A stretch of 64,000 bases of DNA from Minisyncoccota bacterium (GTDB taxonomy: Bacteria; Patescibacteriota; Minisyncoccia; UBA6257; 2-01-FULL-56-20), in contig JARLIC010000137.1 of NCBI GenBank assembly GCA_031291905.1, positions 51,762 to 115,761 on the forward strand, in the 5' to 3' direction. The notes under the pieces are model-generated. The model saw nothing but the letters and a program-made list of their open reading frames with translations. It searched no databases and was not told the DNA's origin. This document shows positions 19,020 through 27,960 of this stretch, in pieces. The position numbers and the translations under genes were made by a program. Within the stretch, counting starts at the first letter, position 1; each line of letters begins with the position of its first letter.

Positions 19020-20669
19020 ATGGCTTGGGATTCAGCGTACTATTCGTCGGTCAACGAAGATCTCTTGCGATTCATCCCGCCGGATAGTAACCGCGTGCTT
19101 GAGGTGGGATGCGGAACCGGGGCGTTGGCCTCGCGGTTCAAGCGGATCAATCCGAAGTGCGTGTACTGGGGAGTGGAGGCTGACCAAGATGCGGGCGAAG
19201 CAGCTCACAATAATCCTGATCTCGATATCATGTTTTCAGAAACAATCGAGCACTTCCTAGGTCGATATCCCACGGAGTGCGAGAATCCCGATTGCGTCGT
19301 ATTCGGCGACTGCCTCGAACACCTTGTCGATCCACACGCCGTTCTCAAGAAATGCGTTGAATGGCTTAAGCCCAACGGCTCCGTCGTCGCCTGCGTTCCC
19401 AATGTTCAGCATTGGAGCGTGATTCAAACACTGATCCAGGGCCAATGGCCTCGAATGGGATCAGGATTGTTTGATGCGACGCATCTCAGTTGGTTCACCA
19501 AGCAAAGCCTGATTGAGATGTTCGAGGCGGCGGGGCTAACTATCGCGAAGATCGTCCCTCGCAATATCGCGCCAGGCGGCGAGCGTCTCATCGACGCCGT
19601 GAAGGAGTTTGGGCTTACCGAGGACGTCGGACGGTTTAGGGAGGGATGCCAGGCGTATCAATGGCTGATCCACGCCGTCAAGGGCGACGTCCCAAGCCGT
19701 AAAGTTCTCATCCGTGGCTTCACCGCCGAAGGATGCTGCGCCCGACCGCGTCTCACGGAGCCGGGCGGAATGATCAATACGATTCCCGGCTTCCGCTACT
19801 CCGAGGTCACGACACAGGTCGAGCCGGGGGAATCCGTGGTCGTTGTACGTCAGCGATTCAACATCACCGAAGCCGCCATCCGCGAACACCTGAAGCACGG
19901 GCAGTTGATTATCGGCGAATGGGACGACGACCCGTGGTACGAAGGGTTCAACGGCAAGCTCAAGACGCCATCCGTCGAATGGGCTCTCAAGGCTTGCCAC
20001 GCGATCCAGGTCAGCACCGAAGCCATCGCCGAACTCGTGCGACCGATCAACCCGAACGTCGCAGTGTTCCCGAATCAGATCGCAGCCGTGGGACCAGAAC
20101 GAGAGTACGTCGAGTCCGACGTAATCCGGGTCTATTTGGGAGGCCAGAGGAATAAAGGCGACTGGGACAAAGTGATCCCCTTCGTCAACGGCATGTCCGC
20201 CGCGAGCCCGGATGTTTTTCACTTCGTCGTCGTGCACGATAGGGATCTCTACCAGGCCCTTGAAACGCATAGGAAGACATTTTACGCCTTCCAGCCTTAC
20301 GAAAAGTATCGGGCCATACTGAGGACGTGCGATGTGACGATTGCTTCTCTAGCCAACACGCGGTTCAATCGGTGCAAGAGCGATATAACCGTAATCGAAT
20401 GCGCGGTGGAAGGCGTGGCCGTGATTCCGTGCAATCCAGAGTCCAGCATGTACACTGAGCTAAGGTCTTGGAAATACAACAAGAAACCAAGCGAGTTCGC
20501 TGAATCCCTTCGCAGCCAGGGACGAAGAGATCGCAGTTGGTCCATCAGCAACCGCATGCTCTGCGACCACTACAAGAAGCGAGCCGCATGGTACGACGGC
20601 TTGCTCGACGACAAGGCTGAATTGGATCGCCAGTTGTTCGAGCGGCTGCCGGAACTTCGTCCTACTTGA
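19020..20669 (+). CDS. Class I SAM methyltransferase fused to a glycosyltransferase-like domain
   Basis: VLEVGCGTG, DCVVFGDCLEHL, ACVPN, THLSWFT; C-terminal EWDDD, QVSTEAIA, VFPNQI, TRFNRCKSD. Confidence 0.85.
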   Translation: MAWDSAYYSSVNEDLLRFIPPDSNRVLEVGCGTGALASRFKRINPKCVYWGVEADQDAGEAAHNNPDLDIMFSETIEHFLGRYPTECENPDCVVFGDCLEHLVDPHAVLKKCVEWLKPNGSVVACVPNVQHWSVIQTLIQGQWPRMGSGLFDATHLSWFTKQSLIEMFEAAGLTIAKIVPRNIAPGGERLIDAVKEFGLTEDVGRFREGCQAYQWLIHAVKGDVPSRKVLIRGFTAEGCCARPRLTEPGGMINTIPGFRYSEVTTQVEPGESVVVVRQRFNITEAAIREHLKHGQLIIGEWDDDPWYEGFNGKLKTPSVEWALKACHAIQVSTEAIAELVRPINPNVAVFPNQIAAVGPEREYVESDVIRVYLGGQRNKGDWDKVIPFVNGMSAASPDVFHFVVVHDRDLYQALETHRKTFYAFQPYEKYRAILRTCDVTIASLANTRFNRCKSDITVIECAVEGVAVIPCNPESSMYTELRSWKYNKKPSEFAESLRSQGRRDRSWSISNRMLCDHYKKRAAWYDGLLDDKAELDRQLFERLPELRPT

Positions 20670-20949
20670 TGATCGCCAGGACGTTCTCTTCTTTCACCAG
20701 AAGCAGCTTCTTGCCGTCGACCTTGAATTCCTCGCCCGCGTACTTCGTGAACAAGACCGTGCGGCCGGGCGAGAAACCGACTTCGATCCGCTCGCCGTTC
20801 GATGCGATCCGACCCGGACCGACCGCCAAAACTGTGCCCTTGTTCGGCCTGTCCTTGGCGACGTCCGGGAGGACGATGCCGCCCTGCGAAACGTCTTCGG
20901 TCGCGTCACGTTCGATGATGCACCAGTCAAGCGTCGGAACGAGAGTCAT
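20662..20949 (-). CDS. groES: Co-chaperonin GroES
   Basis: SQGGIVLPDVAKDRPNKGTVLAVGPGR...VLFTKYAGEEFKVDGKKLLLVKEENVLAII. Confidence 0.95.
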   Translation of the reverse strand: MTLVPTLDWCIIERDATEDVSQGGIVLPDVAKDRPNKGTVLAVGPGRIASNGERIEVGFSPGRTVLFTKYAGEEFKVDGKKLLLVKEENVLAIIK

Positions 20950-20974
20950 CAACAAAACTCCAGGGGCCTATGAA

Positions 20975-21196
20975 ATGAGCGATCAGCGATGCGGGACGTG
21001 CGAGCACTTTGGACATGAACCGCATGCCAAAGCAGAGGGATCCCCAGGATACTGCTATCGAATCCAGGAGTATTATTGCCCAGGCCCAGAATTCAAAGAC
21101 CTGGCGTGCGTGTCGGCCGACGTCGGCGGCATCTTTTATTGCCGCCCCGAATTCGGCTGCATTCTCTGGGAAAAGAAGGAGAAGAATGATGAGTGA
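20975..21196 (+). CDS. Small Cys-rich protein, paralog 1 of 3
   Basis: MSDQRCGTCEH...GYC...LAC...PEFGCILWEKK. Confidence 0.75.
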   Translation: MSDQRCGTCEHFGHEPHAKAEGSPGYCYRIQEYYCPGPEFKDLACVSADVGGIFYCRPEFGCILWEKKEKNDE

Positions 21197-21410
21197 CCAG
21201 CGATGCGGGACGTGTGAGCACTATTGTAGAAGTGATCTACAGGCTGAAGAGAACACGTACGGCACGTGTGATCGAATAGGAACAGAAGGTGGCCCTTGGC
21301 CAAGCGAAGACAATCTGGCGTGCGCTGTCGACAGGCAGGACGGGGCGGATCTTCGCTGCATGCCAACCTTCGGCTGCGTACTCTGGGAATCAAAGGAGTC
21401 AGCGAAATGA
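21189..21410 (+). CDS. Small Cys-rich protein, paralog 2 of 3
   Basis: MSDQRCGTCEH...GTC...LAC...PTFGCVLWESK. Confidence 0.75.
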   Translation: MSDQRCGTCEHYCRSDLQAEENTYGTCDRIGTEGGPWPSEDNLACAVDRQDGADLRCMPTFGCVLWESKESAK

Positions 21411-21691
21411 GTGACCAGCGATGCGGGGCGTGCAATCGATTCGGCGGTCTTCTCAGAAAGGATTACATGAGAGAAGACTATCCAGAGCCTTCTGAGAGAT
21501 TCAGCTTTGGGTACTGCCGAGCGATCAAACTCAATCGAATTCCCAATAGCAATGAACCCAGCGGCGAGCCGGATTGCCTCGCGTTCACAACCGACGTAGA
21601 AGACTATTCAGCAGCATTGATGGTTCGCCCCAATTTCGGCTGCGTCCTCTGGGAGCCTAAACGAACACCGGATCTTCCGGCTGCGGATTGA
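21407..21691 (+). CDS. Small Cys-rich protein, paralog 3 of 3
   Basis: MSDQRCGACNR...GYC...PNFGCVLWEPK. Confidence 0.75.
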   Translation: MSDQRCGACNRFGGLLRKDYMREDYPEPSERFSFGYCRAIKLNRIPNSNEPSGEPDCLAFTTDVEDYSAALMVRPNFGCVLWEPKRTPDLPAAD

Positions 21692-22622
21692 GTTGGCGGC
21701 GTAAATCGTCGTACAAAACCTCTTCCCGCATACTCCGCGTCAGCACGTCCTTCACCGCGTGAACGTATCGCGAGTCCATGCCGTCGAGCCCGGCGGCGTG
21801 GCCGCGAAGGTGGGCGTTGGGCATGATCTCCGCCCATAAGCCGAATTGATCGGCCCAGTTCGGCAGATCGTCCATCATGCCGTCGAGCCACTTCAGGAAC
21901 GACTTCTGCTGCTCGGGCTTCTCGACGAGGTTCTGGCGGTAGGATTCGTTCTTGCCGTGGTGTCGCCAGTAACCGATGCGGACGGGGTCGCAGACGACCT
22001 TGCCCTTGCGGCCCATCGCGGCGAGGATCGTTCGTTCGGTGAACAGGTCGCAGTGCTCGGGCACTTCCGCCATCGCGTCGCGGAAGTCCTGGCCGCACCG
22101 GAAGGCGACGGCGGGCGACAACGCCCAGCTTGTGACGTACGCGAACGGCGTCAGCATGTCGCCGTCGATGACCATCGGCCTGTTCCTGAGAAGGTTCATC
22201 GGCACCAGAGGGCCGACACCGGTGAACCACATCGCAAGGTCTTCGTCTTCGGAGATAGCGAGGATCGCGGTCCACGTCTGTGCATCCGCGAACGTGTCGA
22301 AAGCGATGGTGATCCGCTCGCTGTACCGCTCATGGACGATGTCGTCGTCCTGGCACCACGCGAAGTATTCGGCCCCGTCGTCCATCGCCATCTCGGCGGC
22401 TTCACGCCAGTTCTCCCAGAGGCACGTCGCGTCGGTGCGTCGATGGGAGACGAGCGGGTTGTCTTTGTATTGGTGCATCAACTCGGCGGTCGCGTCCGTC
22501 ATGCCCTGATCGGCGACGAGTATCCGGCATGGCGAGATCTGCCCCAAGAGGCATTCGATCGTCTTGCCGAGGAATTCCGTGCGATCCAGGTGCGGGACGC
22601 CGACCGTGAGCTTGGGATGCAT
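21657..22622 (-). CDS. Glycosyltransferase family 2 (GT-A)
   Basis: LTVGVPHLDR...LGQ...ILVADQGMTDAT...YFAWCQDDD...YWRHH. Confidence 0.9.
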   Translation of the reverse strand: MHPKLTVGVPHLDRTEFLGKTIECLLGQISPCRILVADQGMTDATAELMHQYKDNPLVSHRRTDATCLWENWREAAEMAMDDGAEYFAWCQDDDIVHERYSERITIAFDTFADAQTWTAILAISEDEDLAMWFTGVGPLVPMNLLRNRPMVIDGDMLTPFAYVTSWALSPAVAFRCGQDFRDAMAEVPEHCDLFTERTILAAMGRKGKVVCDPVRIGYWRHHGKNESYRQNLVEKPEQQKSFLKWLDGMMDDLPNWADQFGLWAEIMPNAHLRGHAAGLDGMDSRYVHAVKDVLTRSMREEVLYDDLRRQLNPQPEDPVFV

Positions 22623-22709
22623 GGAGGATTCCGAAGAATGAGGAGCCGCCGCCCCGATCGTTTACAAGGCGAAGGGGGCGACGGCGATTAACACATCAGC
22701 AATCGCTGA

Positions 22710-23168
22710 TCAAAAGAACGTGTTTTCAAGCTGCACATACGCGGCCGTGTCGTTGTACGACGCGGGGGCGTAGTGCTCGACGAAGCCGTTGGCGTGAACG
22801 CCCGCGACTACCGACGCACCGGACACCGACAGGACCGGGAAAAGCCAAGGTCCCGTGCTCTGGTTGCCGAGGAACTCGCCCCGGATCTCCGCGACGAGGG
22901 TTCCGCCCGACGCCGAGGTGGCGGAGGCGAACAACAGGCCCGTGGATGCGACCAGGGTCGACCCAGTGCCGGTCGAAGCCGACGCGGCGTAGAACAGCAT
23001 CCTGGCCGAAGCCGCTCCACCCGAACCGGCGTCCAGGTGGAAAACCATCTTGTTGCGGCCGGTCATGGTCAACGCCGAGCCGATGGACGAGCCGGCGGCG
23101 TAGACGGCGGGGGGCAGTCCGGCGTTCAGCTCGCTGAACACGTCCCGGAACTTGCGACTTGCAAACAT
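22710..23168 (-). CDS. Putative head decoration/cement protein
   Basis: 152 aa, Ala/Ser/Gly-rich, directly downstream of the major capsid gene. Confidence 0.55.
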   Translation of the reverse strand: MFASRKFRDVFSELNAGLPPAVYAAGSSIGSALTMTGRNKMVFHLDAGSGGAASARMLFYAASASTGTGSTLVASTGLLFASATSASGGTLVAEIRGEFLGNQSTGPWLFPVLSVSGASVVAGVHANGFVEHYAPASYNDTAAYVQLENTFF

Positions 23169-23190
23169 GGGGATTACCTCCGGGAAGTGA

Positions 23191-24690
23191 TTAGGAGCCG
23201 AGCGAAAGCTGGACGAAGGGGGACGTCTTGTAGATCACGCCCGAGGGGGACGTCGACTGACGCGGCCCCATCCACAAGGACTTGCCGTCGTGGCGCTGCT
23301 TCCAGCGATACGCGATCTGGTCGGTGTCGAAGAGGAACTGTTCGCTGATCGCGACTTCGATGCCCGAGCGGTTCGCCACGCCGTACTGCGTGGGGTCGAT
23401 GAGCATGATGTCGCCGGTGCCCGAGACCTCAAGCTTTTCGGTCGTGAAGCGGATCGGCAGGCCGAGCAGGGTGCCCGCAGCCTGATACCGCATGCCGGCC
23501 GACTTGGTCCCGGCGATACTGGAAAGCATCGCGGCCTGGGTGATCTGTGAGTTGGGCTGGAACGCAAGGGTGGTGCCGTCGCGGACGTTAAGAAGTTGAC
23601 TGTAGGTCGCCTGGTGGGCGATGAACATCGCGTTCTTAAGACATGACATATCGAACAAGGCCAACATCGCCTGGAGGTCGGCGAGCTGGATCTTGTTCTG
23701 CAACAGGCGGGTCGCCGTGAGCAACGCCGGGCTCTGGCGGATTCCGGTCGGCTTGCCGGCTCCGTCGCCGTTCAGGAACACGAAGTCCGTCTTGTACGCC
23801 ATCGCCTTCAAAAAGAGGCTCTGAAGGACGGTGGCAGCCGAGATGTAGTTGTCGGCGACGAGGTCGCGGGAGATCTGCGTGTAAGCAGTCTGGTCGACGA
23901 TTTTGTACGTGATCTCGCGAAGCTTCGCGTCGGAAGCCTGGCGTTGGGTCGACTCGCCCTTGTAGAAGACCTGGATGCCGGCGGTCGCCGACGTCTGGCC
24001 GATGCCGGGGGCGAAGTACTGGTCCAGGGCGGGCCAGTGGACTTCGTTGGTCGCCCCGACCGGGATGTTGAAGGCGTACGGCTCGATCAGCGACTCTTCC
24101 ATCGCGATCTCGTTGTAGCCTCCGAGAATCTCCGGCTTCACGAAGTAGCCATAGGCGGAGCCGCCGGAAAGCGATTCACTGCCGGCGCGAGCGACGGCGG
24201 GCGACGCGGTCGACATGGAGCCGTCCCATGTCCGCTCCAGCTTGAAGTGCTCGACGAGCCGCTGGTCGGCGTGGTCGCGTTCGCCCTGAGACGCCGACGG
24301 GCGGGTTCGATAGAGCAGCCCGAGGATTTCGCCAAGGCCGCGACCGATCGCCTTGCCGTCCACGCCGCGATCGGCGGGGGATTCGGTGTGCTCGATCGTC
24401 CCGTTGAACGGAACGCCGTCGTCATCGAACTCCATGCCCTTGGACGGAGGGCCTTTACTGGGCTTATTGCCGCCGCTCTGGAGCGAACGCTTGAGGTCTT
24501 CAAGCTCCTTCGTGATCCCGGCGGTGGCGTCACTGAGTTGGCTGCGGACCATCGCGCTGACGTGGGCCTGAGCGTCGGATTCCTCGGCGAATCCGTACTC
24601 GATGTACCCTCGTGCGACCTTCTCGTCCGCGATATCGATCACATCGCCGGCCTTGTGCTCGTCGATGTTCTTCTTGAGCTTCACAAACAT
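23191..24690 (-). CDS. Major capsid protein (HK97 fold) with an N-terminal delta-like domain
   Basis: YGYFVKPE, ISRDLVAD, FLNGDGAGKPTGI, TLLGLPI, FLFDTDQIAYRWKQRHDG, SPFVQL. ATG at 24690. Confidence 0.92.
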   Translation of the reverse strand: MFVKLKKNIDEHKAGDVIDIADEKVARGYIEYGFAEESDAQAHVSAMVRSQLSDATAGITKELEDLKRSLQSGGNKPSKGPPSKGMEFDDDGVPFNGTIEHTESPADRGVDGKAIGRGLGEILGLLYRTRPSASQGERDHADQRLVEHFKLERTWDGSMSTASPAVARAGSESLSGGSAYGYFVKPEILGGYNEIAMEESLIEPYAFNIPVGATNEVHWPALDQYFAPGIGQTSATAGIQVFYKGESTQRQASDAKLREITYKIVDQTAYTQISRDLVADNYISAATVLQSLFLKAMAYKTDFVFLNGDGAGKPTGIRQSPALLTATRLLQNKIQLADLQAMLALFDMSCLKNAMFIAHQATYSQLLNVRDGTTLAFQPNSQITQAAMLSSIAGTKSAGMRYQAAGTLLGLPIRFTTEKLEVSGTGDIMLIDPTQYGVANRSGIEVAISEQFLFDTDQIAYRWKQRHDGKSLWMGPRQSTSPSGVIYKTSPFVQLSLGS

Positions 24691-24843
24691 GGGGTTCTCC
24701 CGATGTTGTCGTGGGTGTTGACAACGCTCGGCGCGGCGAATCTCCAGTCCGCCGGGGAGTCCGCCGCATCTCGAAGACGGGTCGGGCCGGGAACCTGATT
24801 GCTCGTGCGCTGACACGAAACAAAAACGTGTATTAAGATGTCG

Positions 24844-25884
24844 TTACTTGAGAACGACGAAGGGGCCGGCGGTCTGCGAGCCGTCGGCGATCGTGACGGG
24901 CTGCCTCCAGAGCGGCGAGCCGTCGACCCGGAACTTGAACCGAAAGACCGTACTGTCGGTGTCGAACATGAACTCGTCGGCCGACCGCGTCTCGACGAAC
25001 TCGCCGAGTGACCCACAGGTCACGCTCATGTCGGGGTCGCCGTTATTGTCCACGGTGCGGGCCACGAGGGCGTACTGGCTCCAGTCGCCGACGATCAAAT
25101 CGCCTTGCGTCCCGAGTGCGGGGCACTGTTCGACGGGCAGGAGCGGGCGGCCCTTGAGCAACGGGTACGGGTTGCCGTACATCCCCATCGGCATGTACAG
25201 ATTCGCGGGCCAGCCGGTCGTCGTGGCCACGGCGTCGAGCTTCAGCAGCGTGTCGTCGTTGCACATCCACGCCGCGTTGCGACGGCAGTACGGCCAGAGC
25301 CGGCTCCACATCGTGTCGACGTCGGCCTGTGCGATGTTGTTGGAGCCGTTCCGCGTGACCTGGATGCTGGAGTTGGCCGCGATCACGCCGAGCGGGTGAG
25401 TGATCCCCTTGCCGTTGATCATCGACTCGACGACGGCGTACTGGATTTCCTGGCTTGCGGCGTAGTCCAACATTCGTTCGACGAGCGGGGCGTCGGCGAG
25501 CAGGTCGTTGCTGAACGGCGTGGAAAAGACCATGGCTCGCTTGGGGACGAACTTGATCATCGCCGCCGCCGGCTGGCTGGCGTCCGGCGTGGCCGACTTG
25601 TCGTCGGTCGTTCCCTGCCATCGAACCTTGATGCCGCCGAAGCGAGAACCGGCGACGCGGCTGGTTTCGTCCAGTGCGGGCCACTCGGCTTCGTGCTTGT
25701 TGGTCGTCAGGAAGAGGCATCGCGCCAATGGGCCGTCGATCGCACGAGCCTTGTCCCACACCGACTGGAACAGCTCGGTGTCGAGCAGGAAGCCGCCGTT
25801 GGCCCCGCCGCCGTACGTATTCAGTGCGCGGGTGACGTCCGCAAAGTAACGGACGATCGGATTTCCGCTCTGTGCGGTCGTCAT
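24844..25884 (-). CDS. Second HK97-fold capsid protein
   Basis: NGGFLL, FSNDLLADA, INGKGITHPLGVI, LKGRPLLPVEQCPALGTQGDLIVGDWSQY, FDTDSTVFRFKFRVDG, GPFVVL. Confidence 0.9.
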   Translation of the reverse strand: MTTAQSGNPIVRYFADVTRALNTYGGGANGGFLLDTELFQSVWDKARAIDGPLARCLFLTTNKHEAEWPALDETSRVAGSRFGGIKVRWQGTTDDKSATPDASQPAAAMIKFVPKRAMVFSTPFSNDLLADAPLVERMLDYAASQEIQYAVVESMINGKGITHPLGVIAANSSIQVTRNGSNNIAQADVDTMWSRLWPYCRRNAAWMCNDDTLLKLDAVATTTGWPANLYMPMGMYGNPYPLLKGRPLLPVEQCPALGTQGDLIVGDWSQYALVARTVDNNGDPDMSVTCGSLGEFVETRSADEFMFDTDSTVFRFKFRVDGSPLWRQPVTIADGSQTAGPFVVLK

Positions 25885-25925
25885 GCGATGCCTCGAAATG
25901 TCAAAGAACTTGCAGAGCGGTGGGA

Positions 25926-27071
25926 TTAAGCTTCGCCGCGAAACCAGCCCTTGAGATCCTGGATGCGTTGCGTGTTGGCCTTCTCGAAGTCGTCGATCGA
26001 CCTGAGAGCTTCCTTCAAGATGTCGTCAAGCGGACGGCCGACGAGCGGGGGAAGGTCGGGCCTGGCATCGACGACGGACTCGACTTCCTTGGCGGCCTCG
26101 ATGAATTCGTCGATGGCGGTTTCGACGGCCGACGCGGTTCGCTCGATCGTTTCGGGCTCAACGGCGGCTTGCGTCGCTTCAGGCTCGGGCTCGGGCGTGG
26201 TTCGTTCGACGGCTTCAGGCTTAACGACAGGGACGGCCTCTTCATCGAGGGACCGCTTCTCTTCGTCCTTCATGCACATCTCGACGTCGTCGCCCGCATC
26301 GTCGTCGGCGGATCGCTTCTTCTTTTTCTTCTTCTTGGTCTCGTCGTCTTCGTCGTCGTCCGGCTCATCGGCCTCATCTTCGTCGTCGTCGACCAAGGCG
26401 CCGCCGTCGGCAAGCGTCGATTCGTTCATGCGTTCGACGGGATCGACGCCGGTCAGTGTTCGCCTGACTTCTTCGGGCTCGTTCATCTGTTCAATGATGG
26501 GGTCCACTAGCGGTTTCACATCCTCGTTAGGGGACCAGAAACCACGCACGACGAGCCTTGCAATTGACCTAAGTTCTTGCTGGCTAAGTGCTTCGGGATT
26601 CCCTGGGACGGCCGTGACACTGTACTCCAGAAGCTCGGACGACCGATAAACCAGGTCGCAATTAGCGAGTTCGGGACGCGATCGAATCTCTTCGCGGGTC
26701 GGGACGCTCGCGTCTTTCGGGAGGATCGAGACCGACCAGCCTCGCATCGTGCCATCGCAATACATGTCGAAAAGCTGGGCCGAAAAATCGTCCTTGCCGA
26801 AAATCGTCTTGGCGAGCAGTCGTTCCGTGTTGTCCTTCTCGACCCGAACCCACTGGTTGCGACCAATCGGAAGCGATCCTCGCAGGGGGTCTTTGCCGTG
26901 CTCGAACAGCACAACGGGGTTGGTCCTGTACGCGACAAGGTCGATGCCTCGCGGCTCGATCACGGTCTTGTAGCGATCGACGGCGCGAGTCCCGATCTTG
27001 GCGACGACGGACCTCTCGGCGGGCTTGACGTCGTCAACGACGGCGGCAAAGGAGCGGATGATTTGATTCAT
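25926..27071 (-). CDS. Prohead maturation protease (HK97 family) with an acidic C-terminal extension
   Basis: AVDRYKTVI, NPVVLFEH, PIGR, GWSVSI, ELLEYSVTAVPGNPEAL. Confidence 0.9.
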   Translation of the reverse strand: MNQIIRSFAAVVDDVKPAERSVVAKIGTRAVDRYKTVIEPRGIDLVAYRTNPVVLFEHGKDPLRGSLPIGRNQWVRVEKDNTERLLAKTIFGKDDFSAQLFDMYCDGTMRGWSVSILPKDASVPTREEIRSRPELANCDLVYRSSELLEYSVTAVPGNPEALSQQELRSIARLVVRGFWSPNEDVKPLVDPIIEQMNEPEEVRRTLTGVDPVERMNESTLADGGALVDDDEDEADEPDDDEDDETKKKKKKKRSADDDAGDDVEMCMKDEEKRSLDEEAVPVVKPEAVERTTPEPEPEATQAAVEPETIERTASAVETAIDEFIEAAKEVESVVDARPDLPPLVGRPLDDILKEALRSIDDFEKANTQRIQDLKGWFRGEA

Positions 27072-27109
27072 ATCGGGGCTCGCAAGATGGGGCGTGGCCC
27101 CGAACAGGA

Positions 27110-27400
27110 TCAGTCGTTGTCGACGACGAACTGGGGCGGGACGTAGCTCGACTCGACCACGTCCTTCACGGCTTCGGTGCCAGTCGCCGGTGCGTGAAAC
27201 GCACCGAGGTCCGACACCGGGAGCCAGATGCCGTCGATGCGGTGATACATCGCGACCGGGAAAGTGCAGGTGATCACGTCGCCCGGCTTGGCCCTAGCGA
27301 TCTCCGTGACGTTATCCTGGAACTTAGCCCGGTCTTCTGCGGTGAGATGGTCGACCGGCGAGACGAGAAGGGGAGGGGGGAGGGGCATGATCAGTTCCAA
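27110..27400 (-). CDS. Hypothetical protein
   Basis: ORF within the head operon. Confidence 0.55.
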   Translation of the reverse strand: MELIMPLPPPLLVSPVDHLTAEDRAKFQDNVTEIARAKPGDVITCTFPVAMYHRIDGIWLPVSDLGAFHAPATGTEAVKDVVESSYVPPQFVVDND

Positions 27401-27945
27401 GCCTTGCGGATTCGGTTGAGTTTCGTGAGGCTGGAGAGCATGACTTTGCTCTTTTGTTCAAGGCCGACGTTGTGACGACGTGGGGTTCCGGCTCGGTCGG
27501 TGTGAACTGCTGTCAGGCTGGTTCGCTTCGTGACGCCGACGTTATGCATCGCGTTAGCGGCCGAGATGTGCGGCCGGATATTGGCCTTGATCTTTCGCGG
27601 AGTGTGATTGGGGTTTATGCTGGTTCCAGCCGAGATGTTCGTGCTGACTCCGGCCATCTTGCCCGTGAGAAATGCAGGACCGGCGGCGTTCATCGCAGGC
27701 CGCAAGAAGGGGTGGGGGCGCATTTTCCAGGTGCCGAATTCCTGCGGGATCGCGTGGTTTGTTCCGGCGTAGAGCGTCAGAGTCTTCGTTGCTCTGTCGT
27801 AACGGTAGCCGATCGACTTTTGCAGATCCCCGGAGTCGACGGCTACCATGGTTTCCGCAATCGCCACCATCGCTTGGCCGGCGGCGTGCATTCGTTTTTC
27901 AACGAGGTCGTCAATCCACTTCGTGGGGTTCCACTGGATGCCCAT
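27391..27945 (-). CDS. HK97 gp10-like tail component
   Basis: VAVDSGDLQKSI...QEFGTWKMRPHPFLRPA. Confidence 0.85.
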   Translation of the reverse strand: MGIQWNPTKWIDDLVEKRMHAAGQAMVAIAETMVAVDSGDLQKSIGYRYDRATKTLTLYAGTNHAIPQEFGTWKMRPHPFLRPAMNAAGPAFLTGKMAGVSTNISAGTSINPNHTPRKIKANIRPHISAANAMHNVGVTKRTSLTAVHTDRAGTPRRHNVGLEQKSKVMLSSLTKLNRIRKAWN

Positions 27946-27960
27946 CGATCACTCCGCCGC

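Noticed and set aside
20666-20974. N-terminal extension of ORF 20666..21196
   Set aside because: Antisense to groES; the real start is the MSDQRC ATG at 20975, matching its paralogs.
20975-21691. Repeat-variable-repeat pattern as a CRISPR array or DGR
   Set aside because: The units are intact paralogous ORFs; there is no cas gene or reverse transcriptase and no evident adenine-specific variation.
24691-24816. 41-aa N-terminal extension of the capsid ORF in the track
   Set aside because: The RBS and ATG at 24690 fit better; the upstream part looks like a structured leader.
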